Source of the DNA: an uncultured Nitrososphaerota archaeon
Lineage (GTDB): Archaea; Thermoproteota; Nitrososphaeria; Nitrososphaerales; Gagatemarchaeaceae
Length of the DNA: 64,000 nt
Reading direction: 5' to 3'
Assembly: GCA_963838925.1 (NCBI GenBank)
Contig: CAWISW010000001.1
Span: forward strand, 128,001 to 192,000
The position numbers were made by a program, and so were the translations under genes. The notes under the pieces were generated by a model that worked only from the letters and a program-made list of their open reading frames with translations, was not told the DNA's origin and made no database searches. Positions 30,061 through 38,097 of the stretch are shown here, one piece after another. The stretch's first letter is position 1; every line of letters starts with the position of its first letter.

Positions 30061-30830
30061 TTCCTCTTTCGATAGTTATTGCTACCTATAACAGAAGAGA
30101 AATCGTGATGGGACTAATGAAGGAATTGGAGCCCTTGATGATTGAGTGCGAAATCTTGGTAATTGAGGATTCGTCGGACAGAACGAGCGATGAACTTCGG
30201 ACCGCTTACGGTTCTCAAATAATACTGGACCATAGTGACAAAAGGAGGGGCGCAAATGCTTGGAATATAGGCATTGAAAGGGCAAGGAACAAGGCGGTCC
30301 TTTGTCTAGGGGATGATACTCACATAGTGGGCGATGTCATAGAGTTCGCGCACAAGTTGGTTCGTTACATTGAGACTCGTGGGGAGATCGTGGGATTGCG
30401 AGTCATCGATGCGAGTGGGAAGAGATTCGAGCACAGGCGACTATCGAAACTCCTTTGGTGGTTGGCGGGACAAATATTTCCTCAGCAAAGCAAGAGTGGA
30501 TACGTCGACTTCTGCTCGAATTTTGCGCTCGACAAATCCAAAGTCCAGGCAAGGTTCGATACCGATTTCGAGGGTATTGGCTTCAACGCGGAATCGGACT
30601 TGCAATTGAGGGCTCGGAGGGCCGGGGCTAGGTTGTTCTTTGCTTTTGACTTGGTGATAAGGCACGACGAACTCAGGATGAGTGCCGAGAGCGCATCAAC
30701 AAGAAAGGCTCAGATGCTGAAAGGACATGCGCATTTCCTCAAGAAGAATTTTCGGCACTCGTGGTGGCTGAAGATGTTCTTCTACCGCCTCTACCTCTCG
30801 ACGGTTTGGCGATACTCCCAAGGCAAGTAG
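30057..30830 (+). CDS. Glycosyltransferase family 2
   Basis: LSIVIATYNR, LGDD, FD.DF..AESDLQLR; 4-bp overlap with the upstream GT. Confidence 0.82.
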   Translation: MIPLSIVIATYNRREIVMGLMKELEPLMIECEILVIEDSSDRTSDELRTAYGSQIILDHSDKRRGANAWNIGIERARNKAVLCLGDDTHIVGDVIEFAHKLVRYIETRGEIVGLRVIDASGKRFEHRRLSKLLWWLAGQIFPQQSKSGYVDFCSNFALDKSKVQARFDTDFEGIGFNAESDLQLRARRAGARLFFAFDLVIRHDELRMSAESASTRKAQMLKGHAHFLKKNFRHSWWLKMFFYRLYLSTVWRYSQGK

Positions 30831-30916
30831 AAACGCATCGAGCACTAGCAAACGTTGATACGCCATTCTCTGGCCTGTTTGAACCTCTTCTTCAAGCGCC
30901 TGCTTCTTTCCGTCTA

Positions 30917-31215
30917 TTATCGCTTGGCGGAAAGCGCGACCATCACGTCGAGCAAGTCAGCCCTTACTGGCCTGAATTTGGCCGCATTCTCGGCATCTCG
31001 TCTTGTCAGCGGGACGACCTGGACCTCAAGGGCTTTCAGGAACGCCTCGTATCCGGAGGAGTCGAGCCGGGCGGGAGTGTAGCCCCCGACCAGTTGGAAG
31101 CGCGTTACGACGAAACCAAGAACTCGTCACCTTTCTCCCGCCGACACACTATCTCCTCGCGCACGAGCTTGAGGCCGCCGTCACTCAGTATCGATGTGTC
31201 GAGAAATATCCCAAA
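30917..31215 (-). pseudogene. Decayed PIN/VapC toxin
   Basis: Across frames: IFLDTSIL ... FLVSS* ... VVPLTRRDAENAA ... DLLDVMVALSAKR*. Confidence 0.7.
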
Positions 31216-31451
31216 TCAGAGCAGACTCTGCTTCCTCCACGTGCGGCCCTATCTTCTTCAGCTCTCTCGCGAACGCATCGATCGCGGTCCATAATTCTTG
31301 GGGCTGGTCTTCTCCTCGGCGGCCTTCCCGAGCTTGAGTTCGCCCTCGGACTCTTCAAAGATTATCGAGTCTCCGGGCCTGATGTCGAGGTCTTCTGCGA
31401 ATCTCTTGGGGCAGGTCCCTGAAACTTCCGCGTGACCTGATACCGCTTCAT
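31181..31451 (-). pseudogene. Frameshifted AbrB-family antitoxin
   Basis: MKRYQVTRKFQ / PKRFAEDLDIRPGDSIIFEE / LWTAIDAFARELKK read across two frameshifts. Confidence 0.72.
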
Positions 31452-31500
31452 AGTTCCTATTTTCCTGCCGCAGACTTGACCTTTGCGGAAGATCCGCGGC

Positions 31501-32046
31501 TCATAGCCTGCGCCGCCCTTGTAGTTCCTGAATGACCAGCGCCGCGCTCGCCTCCGGGGAGCCCTTCTCGGTCTCCACCACGATGTCAGCGTCGGCAGGT
31601 TCCTCGTATGGGTCCTGGATGCCTGTCATGTTGGTGATTTCCCCTCTCCTGGCTTTGGCGTAGAGCCCCTTTGGGTCTCTCATCTCGCATACCGCGAGGG
31701 ACGCCTTCACGTAGAGTTCCAGAAATCTCTCCGGCCCGATCATCTGCTTCGCGCTTTCTCGAGAAGTACGGTAGGGTGAGATCAGCGCGACTATCGCGAC
31801 GACCCCGTTCCTCGAGAGCAGCTTCGAGACGAACGAGACCCTCCTGGCGTGCTCCTCCCTGTCCTCCCTCGAAAGGCCGAGGTCGCGCGAGATGCCCTTC
31901 CTCACCTCGTCGCCGTCAAGAATCTCGACTCGCATGCCGTAGTCTTTCTCGAGCTTCGCCTTTAGCAGGCCCGCGAGCGTCGACTTGCCGGACCCCGGAA
32001 GGCCGGTCATCCAGAGCGTGAACCCCTCCTTCGTCTCACCCGTCAC
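31501..32046 (-). CDS. cysC: Adenylyl-sulfate kinase
   Basis: WMTGLPGSGKST, LDGDEVR, ISPY, RDPKGLY, TGIQDPYEEP. Confidence 0.95.
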   Translation of the reverse strand: MTGETKEGFTLWMTGLPGSGKSTLAGLLKAKLEKDYGMRVEILDGDEVRKGISRDLGLSREDREEHARRVSFVSKLLSRNGVVAIVALISPYRTSRESAKQMIGPERFLELYVKASLAVCEMRDPKGLYAKARRGEITNMTGIQDPYEEPADADIVVETEKGSPEASAALVIQELQGRRRL

Positions 32047-33449
32047 CTCGCTTCGCTTCCGAGCGCGTCCTCTATCATCCTTCCACCAAAGCCCGCGCTC
32101 TTTGCGTCGAGGCCGAGAAGGGTCAGGAGCGTCGGGGCCACGTCCTCGGCTCTCGCTCCCTTCACCTCGCGCCCCTCGAGGTCGCGCCCCGGCTCGCGCA
32201 TCATGAATACCCCGTCCATCGAGTGCACCGAGTCGTCCGGTCCGGTGTCGTTCTCGGCGAGATAGAGCGAGTCGTGCCCGACGGTCCCTGCAGACCTCCA
32301 GTCCAAATCGTCGAAATATACCATCAGGTCGGGCTTGTCCCCGACCGCCTTCCCGTACAGTCTTGCGGGCTCGGTGACCCAGTTCTTCATGGTCCTGCCT
32401 GCGTCGTCCTTGATCTTCGAGATCCGCTCGGAGAGCCGCCTCTTCTCTGCCTCGAAGTCAGACGGGTCGACCACTCCCTGTGCCTCCCTGCCCTTCACGT
32501 TGAAGAATATCCTGGCGTAGTAGCCTCCCCATCCCCAGGCCTTCGTCCTGCTCCAGTCTATCTCGGCCTTCTCCAACTCGGTGGGTTTCTCTGGTCTCTT
32601 CTTGAACCTAAGGTACCCCTCCTGCTCCAACCACTGGTTCACACAGAAGCCTCCCTTCATAGCCTTCGAGCCGTGGTCAGAGACGATGAAGGTCGCGCAG
32701 TCCTCGCCCAAGAAAGGCAGAAGCCTCCCGATGCGCCTGTCCACCATGGAGTAGTACTCGACGTCAATCCCTTCGTACTCATTTCCCTTTACGTATTTTG
32801 GATGCTTCGGATCGAAGAACTTCCAAAAGGCATGGTGCAGCCTGTCGAACCCAATCTCATGCATCATGAAGAAGTCCCATGGCTTGGTCTTGGCCAGGTG
32901 CTCTGCGACGTCGAACCGCTTCTCCGTCATCTCGAAGAGCTCCTTCTTCACCTCTGCTCTGTCTTCCGTCCTGAACGTCACGTCGAAGATGTACTTCCCT
33001 CCTGCCGCTTTGATTACCTCGTCCCTCATCTCATCAGGGTTGGTGAAGGGGCGGTCTGTTGAAGGGGTCAAGAAGCAGGACACCGTGCTGGCGTTCGTCA
33101 CATGCTTAACCGGGTAGCCAGGTGGGACGCCAATCACCACCGACCTCCTCCCCTTCTCTGAAAGAACTTCCCAGACGGTCTTGGCGCGGACATTCGCTGA
33201 GGTCACGATGTAGCCGTCGTTGTACGAAAAGCCTCTCCTGTGCTTGAAGCCGTAGATTCCGAGCTCGCCGGGGTTCTTCCCCGTCATCATCACCATCCAC
33301 GCGGGAACAGTGATGGGCGGGTCGCACGTCCTCAGCCTGCCGTGCAGCCCCTCGGCGTAGATCTTTCGGAAGTTCGGAAGCTTGTCGAGGAGCTTGTCAA
33401 AGAGCAGCTCCGGAAGGACCGAGTCCAGACCGAGGACAGCGACTTTCAA
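32043..33449 (-). CDS. Alkaline-phosphatase-superfamily enzyme (nucleotide pyrophosphatase/phosphodiesterase type, COG3379-like)
   Basis: LGLDS, PPITVPAW..TGKNPG, DRLHH, VSDHG, H..DG. Confidence 0.88.
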   Translation of the reverse strand: MKVAVLGLDSVLPELLFDKLLDKLPNFRKIYAEGLHGRLRTCDPPITVPAWMVMMTGKNPGELGIYGFKHRRGFSYNDGYIVTSANVRAKTVWEVLSEKGRRSVVIGVPPGYPVKHVTNASTVSCFLTPSTDRPFTNPDEMRDEVIKAAGGKYIFDVTFRTEDRAEVKKELFEMTEKRFDVAEHLAKTKPWDFFMMHEIGFDRLHHAFWKFFDPKHPKYVKGNEYEGIDVEYYSMVDRRIGRLLPFLGEDCATFIVSDHGSKAMKGGFCVNQWLEQEGYLRFKKRPEKPTELEKAEIDWSRTKAWGWGGYYARIFFNVKGREAQGVVDPSDFEAEKRRLSERISKIKDDAGRTMKNWVTEPARLYGKAVGDKPDLMVYFDDLDWRSAGTVGHDSLYLAENDTGPDDSVHSMDGVFMMREPGRDLEGREVKGARAEDVAPTLLTLLGLDAKSAGFGGRMIEDALGSEAR

Positions 33450-33459
33450 TCTCTCAGTC

Positions 33460-34599
33460 TCACTCCACGAACGGGTGGTCGAACTTCAGTATTGCCTGCG
33501 CCACCTCGGGCCTCATGAACTCCTTCGGGGGCACCTTCCGCTCCGAGAACATCTGCCTCAGCTTCGTACCGCTGAAACTGAGCCTGTCCTCTCCTCCATG
33601 GGGACAGGTCTTTTCGCTCGCTATCCCCTCGCACTTCTTGCAGTAATAGAACTCCCTGAAGAAGAAGGGGGTGATGCCTAGGTCAGGAAACTCCTTGAAT
33701 ACCTCCTGTGCAGCATAGGGCCCGTAGTAGCTTCCGACGCCGGCATGATCTCTTCCGATGCAGATGTGGGTGCACCCGAAGTTCTTCCTCATTATCGCGT
33801 GCATTATGGCCTCCTTCGGCCCCGCGTACTGCATCTCATAGTGGAGGGCGCTCATCACGACGCTTTTCCGGGGATAATAACCCCCCGTCAAAGCCTTGTA
33901 TGACGAGAGTATCACCTCGTCCCGAAAGTCCCCTGCCTTCTTTCTCCCGAGCACCGGATTGATGAAGAGGCCGTCGACCATCGAAAGGGCGGTCTTCTGA
34001 AGGTACTCGTGGTTGATGTGCGGCGCGTTCCGCGTCTGGAACGCCACGATCGTCCTCCATCCCTTCTCTGCGAAGAGGACCCTCGTCTCCCTCGGCATCA
34101 GGGTCATGTCGGCGAACTGGCCATAGTCAGGCCTGACCGCGACCTCCAGCTTCCCCGAGATCGCGGTTTCAGGAGCCGCGCACACCTTCGCCACGCCCGG
34201 GTGCGCCTCGTCCTCGGTGCCGTAGATCTTCTTGGCGTACTCGCGCTTCGATATCTTGAACGTCCCTTCGGGCTTCATTATAGCCACCGGGTTGGCGCTC
34301 TCGTCCACCAAGAGAAGGCTGCCTCCATCCCGAGTCGGACGGTCGGTCGTAAGCAGGAGAGGTATCGTCCAAGGGACGTCGCTCTCCAGCCTGTCCTGCT
34401 CGAGGATGTTGAGATAGTCGTTCTCTGACATGAATCCCTCGACCGGGCTGAAGACGCCGTTAGCAATGTTTGCCACCGTCAGGACGACTTCCCTTGAGAC
34501 GGTCAGGCGCTGTTCCTCGGTGAACTCGCTGAAGGCCTCGGGGTTGCTCGACGACTGCCTGATCTGGACCAGCCTGCCTCCGTGAGGCGTGTTTGACAT
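33460..34599 (-). CDS. sat: Sulfate adenylyltransferase (ATP sulfurylase)
   Basis: PHGGRL, AFQTRNAPH..HE, YAGPKEA, GRDHAGVG, SGTKLR. Confidence 0.95.
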   Translation of the reverse strand: MSNTPHGGRLVQIRQSSSNPEAFSEFTEEQRLTVSREVVLTVANIANGVFSPVEGFMSENDYLNILEQDRLESDVPWTIPLLLTTDRPTRDGGSLLLVDESANPVAIMKPEGTFKISKREYAKKIYGTEDEAHPGVAKVCAAPETAISGKLEVAVRPDYGQFADMTLMPRETRVLFAEKGWRTIVAFQTRNAPHINHEYLQKTALSMVDGLFINPVLGRKKAGDFRDEVILSSYKALTGGYYPRKSVVMSALHYEMQYAGPKEAIMHAIMRKNFGCTHICIGRDHAGVGSYYGPYAAQEVFKEFPDLGITPFFFREFYYCKKCEGIASEKTCPHGGEDRLSFSGTKLRQMFSERKVPPKEFMRPEVAQAILKFDHPFVE

Positions 34600-34609
34600 G
34601 CGCCTCTAC

Positions 34610-34828
34610 CTACAGGTACCCCAAGGCCTGGAGGCGCCTCTTGATCTCGACAAGGTCGGTGCTCGTGAAGGGCTCGGGAACGTCCTTCATCTCGTGCATC
34701 GCGACCACTTCTCTTAGGACATAGGTTACATAGTCTGAGACCGATTTGAAGCCGGTCTTCTTCGCAATCAGCTTCTCCAGCCTCTTGTGGAGCGTCAGCG
34801 GGATCGAGACGGACGTGTACTTCGTCAT
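34610..34828 (-). CDS. CopG/ribbon-helix-helix regulator with RLQALGYL tail
   Basis: YTSVSIP..L...GFKSVSDYVTYVLRE RHH; first gene of the sat operon. Confidence 0.85.
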   Translation of the reverse strand: MTKYTSVSIPLTLHKRLEKLIAKKTGFKSVSDYVTYVLREVVAMHEMKDVPEPFTSTDLVEIKRRLQALGYL

Positions 34829-34887
34829 GCCTTGTCGCAGACCGGGTCTAATTACATATAATTATGCTTGATTGCCATCCATGACAG

Positions 34888-35994
34888 GTGGCGGCCTTCG
34901 ACCTTTCCCTGGGTGTCGTCGTCTTCTTCGTCCTCCTCTCACTGGGGGCGTCGGTGGTCAACGGAGGCCTCGGCTACGGTTACTCCTCCCTCTCGACGCC
35001 CCTCGCGATTCTCGTCTTCGCGAACAAGATACTCAACCCTGCCTACATCCTCCTGGAGGCAGGGATCAACACATTCATGCTATTCCTGTCCGGCAGGAGG
35101 AACATCACCGCAACATACAGGCGGACGATTCCAGTCATCCTCGCGCTGATCCCTGGCGTCATCGTCGGCAGCCTCATCCTCAACGACGTCGCCCCATTGT
35201 GGATACGCTTCACGGTCTACGTAGTGATCCTGCCCTTGATACTTCTCCAGGCGGCGGGATTCAGGCGACCGCTCGAGGGCGAAGCTCGCGCTGGCGTCCC
35301 GCTCGGGTTGAGCGTCGGCCTCCTCTACTCAATCACGACCATCTCCGGCCCTCCTATCGCCCTGTTCTGGAACAACCAGGGTCTGAAACAACAGGAGTTC
35401 AAGGCCGCCGTCGCCCAGGTACGCATCGCAGAGTCCTATCTGACGTGCGTCTCCTACTACCTTCTCGGACTCTTCACGGCTCAAAGCCTATCGATCTTCA
35501 AGGTCATCTCGCCTCCCGTCCTCCTCGGCATTCCCATCGGAATGTTCATCGTGAGCAAGGTGGCGGTCGAGACCTTCAGGAGGGTCTGCATGGCGTTCGA
35601 CGCGGGCATCGTCGGTTTCGGCCTGTCTGCGACCCTGCCGACGCTCTTCGGGATCAACCCTCTCCTGGGCGACCTCCTCTTCGCCGCGGTCCTGGCCCTC
35701 GACCTCGGCCTGCTCTACCGCTTCTTCAGGGGAAGATCAAGGGGCGTGGCGCCCGAGGCCAGTGCGATCGAAACTGGAAAGAGGATGGACGGGGGGACTG
35801 GCCCCCCACGAAGCTCTGGCGTCTGGGCTCAGGCCGTACGGAAGCTAGACTACGACCTCCTCGGCGCCTCCCCCGGATCGGCTCGGACGCCCCCAACACC
35901 GGGACGGGCCTGTGGGAATCAATCCGGCCGCAAGGACGTCGGCGTTCGGGGACTGTCGCGGACTACGGGAGCACGTCGAAGCCCGCCTGCTTGA
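34888..35994 (+). CDS. TauE/SafE-family sulfite/organosulfur exporter with a long atypical C-terminal tail
   Basis: VNGGLGYG and TTISGPP motifs, about 8 TM helices; the last ~85 aa are low-complexity and overlap the convergent vapC. Confidence 0.82.
   Translation: MAAFDLSLGVVVFFVLLSLGASVVNGGLGYGYSSLSTPLAILVFANKILNPAYILLEAGINTFMLFLSGRRNITATYRRTIPVILALIPGVIVGSLILNDVAPLWIRFTVYVVILPLILLQAAGFRRPLEGEARAGVPLGLSVGLLYSITTISGPPIALFWNNQGLKQQEFKAAVAQVRIAESYLTCVSYYLLGLFTAQSLSIFKVISPPVLLGIPIGMFIVSKVAVETFRRVCMAFDAGIVGFGLSATLPTLFGINPLLGDLLFAAVLALDLGLLYRFFRGRSRGVAPEASAIETGKRMDGGTGPPRSSGVWAQAVRKLDYDLLGASPGSARTPPTPGRACGNQSGRKDVGVRGLSRTTGARRSPPA
35850..35896 (-). repeat. Diverged duplicate of the ABC permease 3' end (cf. 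36674-36721)
   Basis: 22/26 identities counted by hand; encodes DPGEAPRRS* vs NAVEALRRS*. Confidence 0.75.
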
Positions 35995-36385
35995 AGTGGG
36001 GGTCGAACGCGAAAGCCTGGTGTATCCCCGAAGCTCGCATCGTCACGAAGGAAACGCAATCCGTGAGGCTCCAGGCCTTGTCCCTGCTCTGCTTGAACAG
36101 TTTGAAGGCCTCCGCGAAACCTTCCTTCCCGACATATTCCACGGCGAGTATCTTGGACGAGATGCATGCCTCGCCGAACTCGACGGCTTTACCGTGGCTG
36201 TGGGCGAGCATGATGAGGGTGATTGTCTCGTCAAGGACGTAGTCGGTCGTCACGAGCCGTTTGGTCTTAGACTCCTTCGACCCAAGAGTCTCCATCCAGG
36301 CGCGAGCCCTCTCGTGGAGATCGTCTTCCTGGTCATAGTATGCCTTGAAGGCTGATGAATCTACGAACACGCGAGAGCCCATCAA
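35963..36385 (-). CDS. vapC: PIN-domain VapC toxin
   Basis: VFVDSSAF, TTDYVLDET, SLTDCVSF, AFDPHF. Confidence 0.9.
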   Translation of the reverse strand: MMGSRVFVDSSAFKAYYDQEDDLHERARAWMETLGSKESKTKRLVTTDYVLDETITLIMLAHSHGKAVEFGEACISSKILAVEYVGKEGFAEAFKLFKQSRDKAWSLTDCVSFVTMRASGIHQAFAFDPHFKQAGFDVLP

Positions 36386-36612
36386 GTGTAAAGGACCTCG
36401 TCGATCTCATCCGCCTTCACTTTCACCTTGAACCTGAAGGGCTTCAGCCTCACAAGCGGGTCGTCAGCGATGTTGCTCGAGGAGACCGCCCACTCGACAA
36501 TCGCGACCTTCGCCGCCTGTTTTATCGTCATCCCCTTCGACTTGGCGCTCGAGGCGAGCATGTCGTACTCCTTGCTCTCGAGCTCCGTCTGCACCACTTT
36601 CCTCTCCGCCAT
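36382..36612 (-). CDS. Putative antitoxin (RHH-like)
   Basis: Small gene overlapping the vapC start; KVVQTEL..EY..L...AK.KGMTIKQAA. Confidence 0.75.
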   Translation of the reverse strand: MAERKVVQTELESKEYDMLASSAKSKGMTIKQAAKVAIVEWAVSSSNIADDPLVRLKPFRFKVKVKADEIDEVLYT

Positions 36613-36621
36613 GCGTAATTT

Positions 36622-36633
36622 ACATGTACATGT
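36622..36633. promoter_or_regulatory. Palindromic TA operator
   Basis: ACATGTACATGT between a TTAAAT TATA-like box and the antitoxin start. Confidence 0.55.
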
Positions 36634-36673
36634 CGCATTTAAGGGTTGCATTCGCCTGGCGGCTCTGCGGACT

Positions 36674-38062
36674 CTACGACCTTCTCAGCGCTTCCACCGC
36701 GTTCATCCTCGACGCCCGCCACGCCGGAATGAGCCCGCCGAAGGTGCTGATGGCCACCGCCAGAAATATCGCGAGCAACAACAACTCGGGCGTGACCGCA
36801 GGCGTGATCGCCAGGGTCGACGAGGCCGACGACGCCGCCGGGCCAACGAAGGAGGGCCCCGCCCCTCCTCCGCCCGTCGCTCCGCGAGCCGCCGTTGCGG
36901 CGGACGTAACTCGGACGCCTCCGCCCCCTCCACCGCCCCCGCCGAAGCCTGGGACCCTCAGCGTACCGCTGAGCGCCCCTATCACGAGGAACGAGAGCAT
37001 GTATCCCGCCCCCGCGCCTATGAATCCGCCGATGAGGCCGGTCACGATCGCCTCGGCGATGAAGACGACCATTATCCCCCTGCTAGTGGAGCCGAGGGCC
37101 TTCAGGACGCCTATCTCCTTGGTCCGCTCGAGGACTGAGGTCAGCATCGTCGTCATTATCCCGATGAACGCCACGAGGACGGATGTCCCGGCGACCGCCT
37201 CGAGCAGGGTCGACGTCCCGGAGGTCACAGACTGGATCGAGGAGAGCAGGGAGCTTACCGATGTCGTCCTGATGTTGTTGCCGTAGGCCGCCGTAAGCTC
37301 GTTGGTCACCTCGGTGACCGCGCCTGGGCTCGTTGCGACCACCATTATGCCCGTGAAGGTCGTGCTCTTTAGAATCTGCTCACCCGAGGCGAGCGGGATG
37401 AAGACCGTGGTGTCTGGGGTGATCTCGAACCCCGACCCGTACGGGCCGAAGATGCCCGTGACGACGAACGAGTGCGCGGTGGAAGCTGACGAGCTCGAGC
37501 CGCCGAACGCGTTTGTCCCTACTCCAGCCCCGATGACGAACCCGGACGACCTGCCGACCCCTGAGACGGTGACCACTTGGTTGACCGTGAAGTTGCCGGC
37601 GCCCGAGACGTTCGGGTATGCGATGGAGTTGCCGATAGCCGCGCCCAAGGTGTCCGTGCTCGCGGGGGCCCCTCCCTGGGAGAGGGCGAGTTTGGGAAAG
37701 GCCGTGGCCAGCTGGGAGAAGTCGACGGCGACGATCGAGGCCCCTATCTTGGTGCTCCCGTCTGTGATCTGTCCGTTGAGCTGCTGGTAGGGGATGGCGC
37801 TGAGGACTCCGGTCATGTTCCCGATGGCCGACGCGTCTACCGCGGTCAGCGTCGTAGTCCGACCGACCGGCGCCACGTAGAGCGTGGTCGCCCCCAGAGA
37901 GGAGAACTGCGCGGCGCTCGCGTTGCTGTACCCTTGGGTCGCGCTTACGAGAGAGACTATGGTCGCGGGCCCGATGACGATGCCTAGTATCGTCAGGACG
38001 GCCCGAAGCTTGCGCTCTGTAAGCGCGCGCATCGCGTACTTTACGAGTCCGACAGGCCGCAT
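36674..38062 (-). CDS. ABC transporter permease (MacB/FtsX/LolE type)
   Basis: RAVLTILGIVIG, SVLERTKEIGVLKALG, PAWRASRM..VEALR. Confidence 0.92.
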   Translation of the reverse strand: MRPVGLVKYAMRALTERKLRAVLTILGIVIGPATIVSLVSATQGYSNASAAQFSSLGATTLYVAPVGRTTTLTAVDASAIGNMTGVLSAIPYQQLNGQITDGSTKIGASIVAVDFSQLATAFPKLALSQGGAPASTDTLGAAIGNSIAYPNVSGAGNFTVNQVVTVSGVGRSSGFVIGAGVGTNAFGGSSSSASTAHSFVVTGIFGPYGSGFEITPDTTVFIPLASGEQILKSTTFTGIMVVATSPGAVTEVTNELTAAYGNNIRTTSVSSLLSSIQSVTSGTSTLLEAVAGTSVLVAFIGIMTTMLTSVLERTKEIGVLKALGSTSRGIMVVFIAEAIVTGLIGGFIGAGAGYMLSFLVIGALSGTLRVPGFGGGGGGGGGVRVTSAATAARGATGGGGAGPSFVGPAASSASSTLAITPAVTPELLLLAIFLAVAISTFGGLIPAWRASRMNAVEALRRS

Positions 38063-38097
38063 CTAGCTGGGCACCCGCCTTCCGGCGTCGCTCTCGG

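Noticed and set aside
33460-34599. Dissimilatory sulfate reduction or sulfur oxidation marker
   Set aside because: sat is paired with cysC, and no aprAB, qmo or dsr is present
36915-36945. Poly-Gly tracts (permease; also near 48635-48655) as contingency repeats
   Set aside because: Mixed Gly codons and in frame; they look like flexible linkers
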